From: Anthoceros angustus
Lineage: Eukaryota > Plantae > Anthocerotophyta
Direction of reading: 5' to 3'
Length of the DNA: 64,000 bases
NCBI GenBank assembly: GCA_010909165.1
Contig: MU008211.1
Span: forward strand, 254,232-318,231
Shown here one piece after another: positions 22,639 through 34,668 of this stretch. Below the pieces are notes generated by a model. The model did no database searches. It was not told the DNA's origin and saw only the letters and a list, made by a program, of their open reading frames with translations. Made by a program: the position numbers and the translations under genes. Each line of letters opens with the position of its first letter. Positions within the stretch are counted from its first letter, which is position 1.

Positions 22639-25600
22639 TGTGGACTACGGACTTCCCTTAAAGTTAGGAAATGAGACGGGTTTTGTTTTTTTCATAGGTC
22701 CGAAGTAGAAATAAGGCGGAAAAGGAGGAATAAGCACGGATGGCGCTCCGGACTGGACTCCGGAGTATACATCGGACTCCGGAGTGGGTAACGGACCCCG
22801 GTACCACTATGGCGAGCTCCGGATCACGCCCGGTGTAACGGGATAAGTCCGGACCCCACTCCGGGTCAAAACAGGATAAGTACGCCATGGAAATTAACTT
22901 AGAAGTTGAGTCGTGAGGATGCATTTGGGCGGCGCCACGTGGGCCACGAGTGGAGGTCGGCATGCAGCAGTCAGACCGACTGTGGCCGCAGGTATTCACG
23001 CCCGCGGATCGCGCGCGGCGTAAGGCCGCAGTACGCGCGGCGTGTAAGCGGAGGCGTAAGGTCGAGTAAGCCATGCGTACTCGCGCTACGGTGGAAGAGG
23101 CGCCTTCCCGCCCGCCATTTCCAACGCGCCGACGAGGAGGGTCAGCCGCGCACCGAGACAATTCGCGGTCTCTTGCGCCCGCAACCCGCTCGGGCGCTAT
23201 CTCTTTGAACGCCAGCATCTTCACGCGGCTCACCGCCGGGTTGGAGCAATAACGCGGGCGAAGAGGGCGATCGTGCCGGTCTCCCGCCAGCCTACAAAGA
23301 ACGAAGGAGAAGAAGGCGATGGCACCCAAAAAGGTCGCGGAGGTCCGGGAGCCATGGAACCCGGTAGAGCGCAACATTGTGACCCGGCGCTATCCGGACT
23401 TTGGGCCCCGGCCGAGGAAGCGGAGGATTAGTCGAGGAGTGGCACTTAGACGTGTTCCAGTCGTCGACGCTTGACAAGGTCACCGTCCGGAGTTCGCCGG
23501 AAGATGTTGGCGGCCAACAAGGAGGTTCGGTCCAAGAACCTCCGGGAGGATCCTAGGCGATGGACCTTGGAGGTCACGAGGCGGCCTACAACCGCCCAAA
23601 GGAGGAAGATGGGGCGAGTCCGCAGCCCCTCAAGGCGAAGGAAAGATAGGGCCGCAACAAGGCGATGCCGAGGCTCGAACGCAGCGGACAACCAACGGTG
23701 GTTGATATCGACTGCCGATAGAGTAAGGGTCAGAGTCGGATTATTGTCCATTGAACTTGCTCACCAAGGTGGATCACCTTGGTGATAATTGTTCCTGCGC
23801 GCTGGGAAGAGGGCGGACTGGGAAGGATTATCTTCGCCTGCCCAGAGGCCCGTGCCGAGGAGCGAGAAGCCCTGACCTGGATCCCCATACCCGATCCATG
23901 TATGGGGACATTTCGAGCTCTCAAGGAGGGAGAGATCGAGCGGCGCCCGGAAGGCCGAGGCCCCGCCGAAGCGGAGGCGTGCAAGGGCGCCGAGGTGGGG
24001 GCCGACCCCTAAGGCCAAGCGGACCGGGAGGAGGACGATCGAGGATTCCTGACTCCATACGCCCTGAGCGGACCCCTCACCACCTGTGGAAGTATGGGAA
24101 GATATCCCCGCCTCTTCTCTTGGTGCCTCCTCGGAGCAATCAACGCAGCAGAGGGAACGACGGAGCGGAGTTGGCGGTTGCGGCTCGGTGGCCAGCGACC
24201 GCCGCCGGCGAGCCCGGACTCGGCGGGAACGGCGCAAGGCGGCGTCTGCAGCACCTCGGAGGTGCCATGCCTTACCCACCCGGGTAACAAGAGGCGGGCG
24301 GTGGGAGGCGAGAAGGGCGCTCAAGGCGGGAGGTCCGGCGCACCGGAGCCGATCCTGTCTCCGGCAGGAAGGGGCAAAAGGGCTAGCTCCCGACCCCTCA
24401 CCTCCTCCGAGCCCTGTGAGAAGAGGGCAGAAGGAACTCGCGCCAAGGGCCAAGGAGGGTGAAGCGAGTCACCACTCGTGACCTAAGGGTCCCGATTAGG
24501 TCCGGAGAACCCAGTCCGGACTTACTCCCGGATCAAGGTATGGAGGTCCTTGGCGGACGTGAAATGCCCGCCTCCCACTACGGACTTTGTGGGGTCTCAC
24601 TGGGCCGTGGAAGAAACACGGTGGGTCACAGCTACCGTCATGGACGGTATGCTTTGGGGTCTCTGGACAGCCGAGAAGACCTGTGGAAGTAGAAGCCACC
24701 CGAGGAAGTATGGGAAGATATCCCTTCCCTTCTCTTGCCTCCTCGGAGCAATCAGCGGCGGAGGGGAGCGGAGGCGGGAGTTGGCGGTTGCGGCTCGCAG
24801 CCCGGCAGCTGACCCAGCCGGACTCGGCGGAGGCGAGGCCGGCGCAAGGCGTCTGCGCGGACACCTCGGGGTGCAGTGCCTTACCCACCAGGTGTGGGGT
24901 GAGAGTGGGGAGGCGAAGGGCGCTCAAGGAGGCGGAGGTCAGCGGCGGCGGAGCCGATCTGTCTCGGCGGAAGGGGCAAAGGCTAGCTCCGGACCCCTCA
25001 CCTCCTCAGCCCAGGAGAAGAGGCAAATAAGGCTGGCGGCCAAGAGGGCCAAGGAGGTGGCTCGGGCTCGGCACTCGGGACCTAAGGGTCTGATTAGGTC
25101 CGGAGAACCCAGTCAGGACTTACTCGGGCTGCGGTATGGAGGTCCTTGGCGGACGTGAAATGCCCGCCTCCCCTCACGGACTTTGTGGGGTCTCACGGTG
25201 GCGGCCGTGGAAGAAACACGGCGGGTCACAGCTACCGTCATGGACGGTATGCTTTGGGGTCTCTGGGACGGTAGAAGACCCGAGGTAAAGCCACCGGGCG
25301 TATGGTGCTCCTCCAGGAGCAGTTGGAGGCGGCCCATGAGGCAAGGAGGAAGGCCGAAGCTCTCGGCCGCATCGAAGAAGGGAAATGCGGGGAGGCCGAG
25401 AGGGAAGTCCGTCCATCGACAGACCGACTAAATTCCTTCACCGGGTGAGCAAAACAGTGCGGAGGCCCAAGCACGGGCGGAAGACCTCTGCAGGCGGAGA
25501 GGAGTAGCGCAGCAGGAGGCGAGGAGGCCCGCAGCGAGAAGGCTCGTGACTGGCAGGCGGCGGGGCGGACCCGGGAGGAGGCGATGGTGCTCCTCCGGGA

Positions 25601-28263
25601 GGCGGAGGCCGCACTAAGCCGTCGTGATCACTATCGGCGTGATCGGAACGGTGGAGGGAGACGGATAGCGGCTAACTCAAGAAGGAGCAGGAGGCGGCGG
25701 GCAGTGCAGGCGGCCATGCAGGAGGAGGAAGCAGCTGCAAGGAGATGGAGGATCTCCGGGCTCATGAGGTGGAGCGCCGCGTGAGATGGAAGACCGCAAG
25801 GAGACTCGAGTGCAGCCCAAGTTACCATTGAGAGGAATGGTGTCTGCGGGCGTGATCGCGATCACGAGCGAGAAATAAGCGGCTCTGGCGGACGGAGGAA
25901 GTAAGGCGATGGAACAGGAGCGTGACGCCGAAATGGAGAAGGACACAGGTGAAGCCCGCACGGGCGAGCGTTCATCCGGAGAGGGAGATGGCGAGTTAAC
26001 GCCGTAATGAACGGAGAGCGAGAGCACCGGACGAAAAGAAGCACCGGTCCGCTTAAGAAAGGCGGAAGGGAGCGCCGCGCTATGGCGGTAAGCTAGCGGA
26101 GGCGAGGCCGGACTCGAAATGAGGAGGAGGAAGCAGGGAGGCGGTTGGAGGCGGAGGAGGTGACCGAGGCCTTGTAGCCTCAGATACGGCCCCCCAGTTG
26201 TCAAACTGGCGAGGTGGTCCAACAAGCCGGGCAAAGACGCCCAGCCCGAACACCAATGGCGGGGAGACGGTGCTCCGGCACACGTGGAAGAGGCACCAAA
26301 GAAGTTGATTCGGACTTTGCCTATTACCACGCCGAGCTCCTTAAGACATTGGCGACCTCTGGCGCCCGCAAATAAACGGACCTGGAAGGCTCGAAGGGAT
26401 GAAGGGCATGGGGACGGCAGGGGACTCTAGTGGCCTGTTTGGAGGCAAGGAGGAAGCGGGGAGAAGAGCATCGGGAGGAGCAGGACGCGCCAATACAACG
26501 AATCCTGTGGTAAGTCCCAAACCCGGAAGATAGGCGGCCTTGAAGGGGAGGCGGAAGGAGGAGAGCCAAACCGACCCAAGACTGGGTCGGTGGGAAGGAT
26601 GAGGACCTAGCGATGAGGTCCAGATAAGGGGTCCGGAGCTTGGGGACGGACCGGACCCCGAGGTCCGAACCCCGAAGATGAGACCGACCCAGCAGACCGG
26701 ACTCGGGAATAAGGCAAACTCCGAGTTCGACTCGAGTCGAGACCGGACCTCAAGGTCCGGACTCAGAAGTAAGGAGTCCCTCAGGCTTCTGTTGGGGAAG
26801 CGGTCAGTGGTCCCTGGAAGGGACCCCTTTGGGGGCGAGGGGCAGCGTTGTGGCCGGTCGTCGGACCGCCGCTAACAACGGAGATTCGGGAAGAGGAAGG
26901 GTCCCGGATCATCCGATTGCGCGCAGAATCGCCGGAGATTGGACCACCAATTAAAGGCGGAACCGGGACCTTCCCACCGACAAGGAGATAGGAGGAGGAA
27001 TAGGATGGTAGGCGGCCGATTAGGGCGCATCGAGGGCCACCGCCCGTAATAGGGGTGTAATAAAGGCGCCGACCGAGTATAAGAGGTGAGGCTCTAAGTA
27101 AAGTATCTTCTCTTGGTGTTGATGCGCGTTTCTTGCGAGACCCTTGTGCGTCTTCTTGCTAACGTGAGTCCCGAGTCGAAAGGTGCACGATGCCCGGAGA
27201 GACCGATCAAGGTTCTCGTGACGGACCCGGTAATGTTCGGACCACGAGGTCGAACCCCGAAGATGAGCCGGACCCGGCGGGGCCGGACTCGGGAATAAGG
27301 ACTCCGAGTTCCTCGGGGTCGAGGCCGGACCTCGAGGTCCGGACTCGAAATGAGGAGTCCCTCAGGCTTCTGTTGGGGAAGCGGTCGGTGGCCCTAGGAA
27401 GGGACCCTTTGGGGGCGAGGGGGCAGCGTTGTGGTAGCGGTCGAGGCCGCGCCGTAACCAACGAGTTCGGGAAGAGGAAGGGTCCGCCTCGCGGATCATC
27501 CGATTAGTGCGCCCAAGCTATCGGCCGGGATTGGACCACCAATCCAGGCGGAACCGGGACCTTCAGACCGTGAAGGAGATAGGAGGAGGAATAGGATGGT
27601 AGGCGGCCGATTAGGCGTCTTGGTGCCGGCTCGAGAATAGTGTAATAAAGGCGCCGACCTTGGCGTAGTATAAGAAGAGGCTGCTCTAAGTAAATCATCT
27701 TTCTCTTGGTGTTGATGCGCGTTTCTTGCGAGACCCTTGTCGTCTTCTTGCTAACGTGAGTCTGAGTCACGGCGAGCACGGCGGCTCGGGAGGCGTCAAG
27801 GTCGGTGGCGGACCCTAACGTGGTGGTGTGTGCGGGGAAGGGTGGCGGGGACCCGCCTGCAGGGGACGGCCGGACCGGATCGAACGTGAGCCGGAGGAAC
27901 TCGGGAGGCGTGTAGAGCCGGACGGAGAGGCCCCAGCGGAGGAGGTCCTGACTGTAGCCCCACATTTTCCCTAAGGATGAGTGTAGTGTGAGTGGAGAGA
28001 AGAACGGACTAGAGGTGCAAGTGTGACGTGAGCGATACGACAACGGGTCCTTAAACGCTTGGCCACACCGGCCCGTATGTGAACGCGAGTAGTTAGACGC
28101 GAATCGATGAATGTGTGCGTTGAGTCTGAACGGACGCAAAGTGAAGTGAGAATCGTCTGAAACGCGGCAAACGGAGCCTATCATTCCCTTGGGAACGGAC
28201 TCCTTCCTACAACGACACGGGATTGTGCGCGCCCGGCTGGCCGTCAGCAAAAGTCGCGCCACA
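22639..28263 (+). mobile_element. 5.6-kb GC-rich TG..CA element with 5-bp TSD, inserted in the LTR of copia D (probable giant solo LTR with ORF remnant)
   Basis: Ends TGTGG / CCACA; TSD CTATT (22634-22638, 28264-28268); internal tandem duplications ~24080-25270 and ~26600-27770; MAPKK start at 23319; A/E/R-rich coding-like tract 25450-26300. Confidence 0.8.
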
Positions 28264-31200
28264 CTATTCGCTACATGTATATATGTATACATTTCATTTA
28301 ATCATGGATAAGGCTAAACCCTAAACCCTTTACTCTAGGTGTGTATATGGTCAACACTCTATTTCATCACTCCCACTTGTTGCCATATTCACGCCTCTTG
28401 TTGACGTTTCGCATCTCCACCTTGATGTTGCAGTAGGTAGAGCTCGCGTCTATGAGTACGCTCCCTAGCATCTAATTAGCAAGCCTGAGCCTCATAGCGT
28501 CTGCCAGATTTACTCTCCATGGAAACTCTGGTCTGTGTTCCCATCAGCATAAAAGGCAATATAAGAACTGTGGAGGAGAGGTTAGCCTCACTTCTCTTCT
28601 TGCTGTACTTGAGTGTGCGCTTGTGTGAAAGCTTAATTCCTTCACAGGATTCTACTTTGAAGCAACCTAATAATATCCTCTTTTGATGAGGAGGTGCCGG
28701 TGACCAAAAGGGAGTGTCAGGGTCGCGATTATAGCCCACTAGGTTGGTTCACCTGTGTTCCTAGGACAACTGCCCTTGTTACTCCAGCTTCAGCATCTGC
28801 AGCTGAGTAAAGGAAAACGCCCTCGCGGCCGTCCATATGGCACCACTAAGCTGGTATTGGAGAAACGTCGAGAAGCCGCTAAAGAGGCTGAGATGAGCGT
28901 TTCTTCCAAACGGACGTATGTGAAGTAGAGCTGCCCTAAGCCCTCTGATTATGTAAGGAGGAAGACGGAGGTGCCAAAGTTTGAGTACGTCAACTTTGAG
29001 AGGCACACTGCTGTATCCTTATGGTTTCAAATGGGAAAATACTACAGGAGACCAAGATAGTCATATGCCAAGTCAGGGTGCAAATTTGTCAAGCTGCAGT
29101 TCCTTGGTCATGTTGACAACGCTTACAGTAAGCTGTCCTCCTTTGATTTTCTTGAAGTCTTTACTTCGTTCCTGCTGTCCAAGCTTATGCTACGTGCTAA
29201 TACTAGCTCCCACTGCCTCTAATATCAGGGTCTGAGGATTCTGAAGAGGCTGAAGAAGAGGACGTCTAGTGGGTCTCCACCTGATCATGACTCCTATGTC
29301 CATCAGGAAGATTCTGCGGAGTCTAACAATTTCTGGGATGATTAGCCAGCAGAAAAGACTTGAAGGTCTACCAAAAACTGCACTTGCTTGTTTGTCCCTT
29401 GCAGCTCTTTCCAAAAAGAGCCTTGTTAGCTAGTATTTGCTGAGTTCCATATTCTTCATGTGAGAGTAGAACCTTGTTTGTTGAAAGCAAATAAGTCTAA
29501 CACTTGTTTATCAATGTGACTTGTGGTGCTGGGCAAGATCAGAATCCCTTATTGCAATTTGCACCTGTGTCTCCAGAATGGCAGCTGTGAGTATCCAACA
29601 CTCAGCTTTCGTAACAAAGCTATAATTAGTTGCTTTGCTTGACCAATAAAGATGGTCCACCAACAATTGAGACTATCTAGTCAAGAACAGATGTTCTGCT
29701 ATCTGTATCACCTGTATGATAATCTAGAGTCTACAAAACTCCGAACAAGTGCTATCCCCATGTTTCATTCCTGTGTGTTGTGTTCTTGCGTGATGTACAA
29801 GCACACGCTTAACGCTTGTTTTGTATCCTGTGTACAGTGTCAGGATTGTCCAAGAATAATCTTGATAAAGTGCTTATATGATAAAGAAGGTCGCCACTGA
29901 TACGTGTGGTTGTGTATACATAAAACACAAATCAGCTCTCTAGCTGCCTATCTTGCAAGGAGGTATGTTAGCTATTTTGATCCTTCCATCTCCCTTTCAA
30001 ACTAGGAGAAATACATGTTCGCAAAGTCTGATTCACTAGGCAAAGGTGTAATAGCTGGTTTTTTATCAGCAAGCCACTAATTAGCACCATCAAGAGTGTA
30101 TCTTGGCTGCAGTGGAGTTAGAAACTCCTAGTTCTGGTCCTTTGGATACAAAATCCAAGACAACAATTTGAAGAGACCCTTTCTAGGTCAGTTCAGATTT
30201 TTGAGCTAACAGATCGGTATAACTGTTCTTGCCATGACTGTTCTTGCCCTTTAGTACTTGAAGGCCACCCCGAAAAGACCGACTTGATTGCTTGCTCCCA
30301 TGCACTGGTCGTGGTCAAGTCTGCTTGACACCTTTTTCAAGAATCTGAAGCTCGGTCGGATCAAGGTTAGTTGTCGGTCATCACCTACGAGAAATTATAT
30401 CCAAGCGTATATAAAAGGTAACTGGAGTATGGCGCCTCGTGTGATCCGGTGGCCGCCTCGAGTTCAATTTCTTAATCATGATTCTCAGCTGGATCATGAT
30501 CATCAACATCATGAGAAATCATTTGTGATCCAAATGATCTTCAAGTCAGGTTGGTGTCTTCAAGTCAAATTCTGCTGGAGGTTTATGTTCCTGCACTTCA
30601 GTCATGTGCTCCTTCCCCACCTGTAGGATTAAAATCCTCTGCAGCATTGAGATATAGGGCTCCATGAGCAAAGTAAGATCTTTAATCTGTGATCTTTGTG
30701 ACAAGAATATGGGAAGCACGTCCTTGGCATTATCCCCACCATCAGCAGATGTGGAGCACAAGGTTTAGCTCCCACTAAAGCCAAGACGTTCCATTCAACA
30801 AAAGTAACACCTGCATGGCTCACACCAACTTGGACACAAAGATGCCATACAGTCTGTAACTTAGCATATCCTCTGTGTATCCTATCATCAGCTGTGGTAG
30901 CCTTATCTAAGACCATCCTTATTGGTTCTTGAGAATAAAAGGATGTACTGTGCAACCGGCGATCAAATCTTAAAGAGAAGGCTGCAGGTCTGTAAAAGAT
31001 AAGGTGTTTACAAGTCCAACAATTAATATGTGAGGCAATCTGTCGCGGGTGTGTGAAGCTGTAGGAAACTTTTAGTAACACCCCAACAAATAAGGCGTCA
31101 AAAAATGAGCCTTATGGACATAAAGAAGATAAACTCTTGCAAGGACATCATCGATATGATCTCTTGCTCATTATCCTCATTGTAAAGTGGGGTGGAGCAG

Positions 31201-32335
31201 CGTTCTTATGTATCTGTCTCCAAATGCCTTCATTTGCACAGCAGGTCTAAAGTGTCGTTGAATGTGACTGCCCACCGCTGTCAAGTGAAGCATTCTTAAG
31301 GATTTTCTTGTCTACCTTTCTGCCAGCTTCAGGTAAGCTTTAAAATTATAAGAAAGGTCTCCATTCTAGTTCTTCAACTGTGAGATGTGACAAAATAACT
31401 TCTGTCATCTGTGCTCATCAGGAAATATCCGGAACATAAACCACCACCTCGTGGCTTTCCACAAAAATTGATGGGTAACAGTTCAAGTACTTCAACCACT
31501 GGTCGTGAAGACTTGAGTCTTGAACATGGCTTGGTGTCTCATGATAGACAGCTGACAAGCATCATTAGCATCCAAGAGCAATATTGCAGGAAAGGTTGTT
31601 AGGACCCACAGGCAAGGACTCCTCTATGGTCAAAAAGATTCTAACAGAGGGCACTCTGTTACTATAGCTGACAGACCATGACACGGAATGTCCTCATAAA
31701 ATGCTGGAATGAGGTAAAGTGTCATATCAGGTATGTAACCTAATTCCTTGAGAAGGTGTGTGACTTCATATGTTACTGTCAAGCTCACTGTACCCATGCC
31801 CTACAAAATAAGAGACCTTATGTCTCCTAAGTGAATTTCATGCCCTTGACTGACAGGTACATGTCACAAAAAGGCTAAGAGACCTTGCGCCTCTTAGGCT
31901 GTAATACATGTTCTCAAGTGACCTGTATGTCACAATTGAGCTAAGAGATCTTGCGTCCCCTAGGCAGTAATACAAGTCCTTAATTGACTTGTATGTGAGA
32001 AATGTCTTCCAATCCAAAGCAGTCTGACGATGGCTAACATGAAAAACACCACACTGCATGTGGTTTAACTTATGCTTTGGTGGACAGACATGTAGGTAGC
32101 AGAGGAAGATGAGACGCGCTGAGCCTGGTTAGTACACAGTTAGCCCAACTCTTCTTGACTACCACGTGAGAGAGATCAACAAAGGTGCTCTCATTGCGAG
32201 AATCAGATTATTGCTTCTTTCTTCAATCATGTTCCAAGAGTGCGGGTATTTACCACAAATGTAAACACCTAACTCGGAGTATGTTTATACGCTGTTGTAT
32301 AAATTTCTCCTTCTTATACTACTGTATAAACTTCT

Positions 32336-32525
32336 CCTGTAGAAAAGACCTCCCTGAGAGCATCCTTCTAGGAGGTAATATGGTAGTTCAGCCTTGCGCC
32401 TTCACCATTAGAGAAGTGTCAAATCCGTTTGACACCTGTAGGAAAGACCTCCCTGAGAGCATCCTTCCGGAAAGTAATATGGTAATTCGGCCTTGCGCCT
32501 TCACCATTAGAGAAGTGCCAAACCC
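32336..32525. repeat. Tandem duplication (~98-bp unit) inside copia D
   Basis: CCTGTAG(A/G)AAAGACCTCCCTGAGAGCATCCTTC...CACCATTAGAGAAGTG occurs twice. Confidence 0.8.
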
Positions 32526-34074
32526 TGATGTTTGACAGAACGTCTGTGTAGGTACCTACTTATGTCGACTTTCGGCAGGACTTCCACTAGATCGCCAATC
32601 CCCGCAATTAGTAGATCTGCTAGCATTGTGTCTTGGCCTTGAGCAAATGTGTTAGATGTAAAATATGTAACCAACTTGCTGGTGGAGAATGAGCGATTAT
32701 CGAGAACTGTGCAGCCATGTGCATTGGTGTCTCCATACAAATTCTCACAACACCAATGGTAAAAGTTAGTTAAGAGGTTAGAAGACCTATGTCGATCGTC
32801 ACCGTATGGTTTCCTAAAACACTCTTGTATCTAACATTTGATGCTCCAAACGCATTATCATTGTGCTAGCGTAATCACTCTACTTCTTGTTATAGAGATT
32901 TCTCATTGATACCATGTTGTTTTTGGAGTCAGAGTCTCCAATCTTGTCCTGATGGACTTAGCCCCACCTGTACTAAAACATGACAGATGGTCTACTATTA
33001 CCGAGAAAGTACATAGCTTCTTCGTGATTGATACATGTATTTTTCTTCTGGAAAAATAGAGAAGACAAAACCTGCTGTAGTGTTGATGATGCAAAGATTC
33101 TTAGTCTTAATAAGACTCCTTTCATCCGAGATCAACTGTGTTTTGCTCTTGAATTCATTGCCGCGTGAGAAAGGTCTCGCCCATTATGAAGGGATCTCTT
33201 TTTATCAGCTGCAAATGAACGAACTACCTGAAGATATAAGACTGAAGCAATCTTCCTAAAAGTCAGCTTCTTGCTTGTCTTGATCTGTTAAGTCAGGTTG
33301 TTCCTCCTCTGCAGCCATGCTGCAGGCTTAACAATTATTATGTCAGAATTGACTAGTGGATCAGCACCCACCAAAAGGGAGCATCCACATAGCAAGGTCC
33401 AGCGAACTTGTCCCTGAGACGTATCTGCTTGCTTTCCAATTTATTATGTATTTAGCAGGAGAAACACAAATTTGGCATGTCAAAATTGTGATTTCTGGGA
33501 GTCCAGCGCACTTGTATCTGCACTGTAATGTGCTGAAGTGAATCCTTCAAGAATGCGGACTCCAGCAGCGCCAACAAATTGCAATCCATATGCACAATTT
33601 TCCCCTGACTATTTGTACTCACTCTGAGCACGTTTCTATTCAGATCATTGAATTCATGTAAAGAATCCATGTATGTTTCTCCAATCTTTTTAGTTAGCAT
33701 GCTCAAAGAGCCATACTTGACTGATTGTATTTTGATGAAACCTCTAGGGTTTTTATTGCAATCGAATGTGTGTCTGACCCGAATTTCTGGCAAGCCTTCA
33801 GAGTTTTCAGGAGCGAATGCAACAATCTGATGTTTCTCATTAAGATGCATAAATCAGAATTGCATTTTTAATTTCCCTGAGATTATCTATTTGCATTCTT
33901 TGTTCCTGAAAACCATATAACATTACATATGCTCTAGGCCGAAGATGCCTTGCCTTGGGCAGCAGCTCAATTCTTCTCCTAGACATAATGTCAGCAAAAC
34001 CCAGGCTGCCATTTTGGCCAATCATCATGGCCTACAGAATTGACCATCTTACATGGCCTGAATTGTAGATATAG

Positions 34075-34212
34075 AAATGCACTAAATTTGCAGCTTCTAT
34101 TATTTTTCTAAGAACTTGTGATGTAGGAATGCACTAAATTTGCAACTTCTATTATTTTTCTAAGAACTTGTGATGTAGGAATGCACTTAATTTGCATCTT
34201 CTAGTATTTTTC
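34075..34212. repeat. ~52-bp tandem repeat in the 5' leader of copia D
   Basis: AATGCACTAAATTTGCA(G/A)CTTCTATTATTTTTCTAAGAACTTGTGATGTAGG, about 2.6 copies. Confidence 0.8.
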
Positions 34213-34668
34213 TATAAAAACTAGAATTCTACAACTCTAAAGTTCAGGTCTTGATTATGTTTTGGTTTCTTGAAAATAAACTTCTTTTCTGTTCAAGAAA
34301 ATACAAAACTTATGTGCTCGTGCATCTTTTCAATGCGGCCACGATGTGCATTCTCATGAATGCGATCTACATCAAGATGCTCGATACCATAACAAAATAT
34401 AGGGCTAATGTAAATCAATTATACCATTTGTATAGATTACATCTTAGATAATCAAGAAAAAGAGAGTAACTTGCTTATGTGAAAAGACAACTTAAACTAA
34501 CTTTACGAACGGGTGTGGCTATTCACTAATAGTCCTAACCCTAGCCAAACATTATGTCTATTCGCTACATGTATATATGTATACATTTCATTTAATCATG
34601 GATAAGGCTAAACCCTAAACCCTTTACTCTAGGTGTGTATATGGTCAACACTCTATTTCATCACTGAT

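Larger units (their letters stand above)
22466..34663 (-). mobile_element. Non-autonomous Ty1/copia element D with near-identical LTRs and a heavily decayed interior
   Basis: LTRs at 34390-34663 and 22466-22638 plus 28269-28369; TSD CTGAT (22461-22465, 34664-34668); PBS-like TGGTATCGAGC 34379-34389; PPT AAGTGGGAG 28370-28378; only faint gag (GHDDWPKW), RT (AWEQAIKS) and RNaseH (HKRT) traces. Confidence 0.85.

Noticed and set aside
22664-28292. Many overlapping ORFs on both strands of the GC-rich insert as separate genes
   Set aside because: High GC suppresses stop codons and there are no recognisable domains; only the plus-strand remnant is kept as a hypothesis.
28313-28330. Telomere-like CTAAACCCTAAACCCT (also ~34608)
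   Set aside because: Only two units, inside an LTR; this is a telo-box-like motif, not an interstitial telomere.
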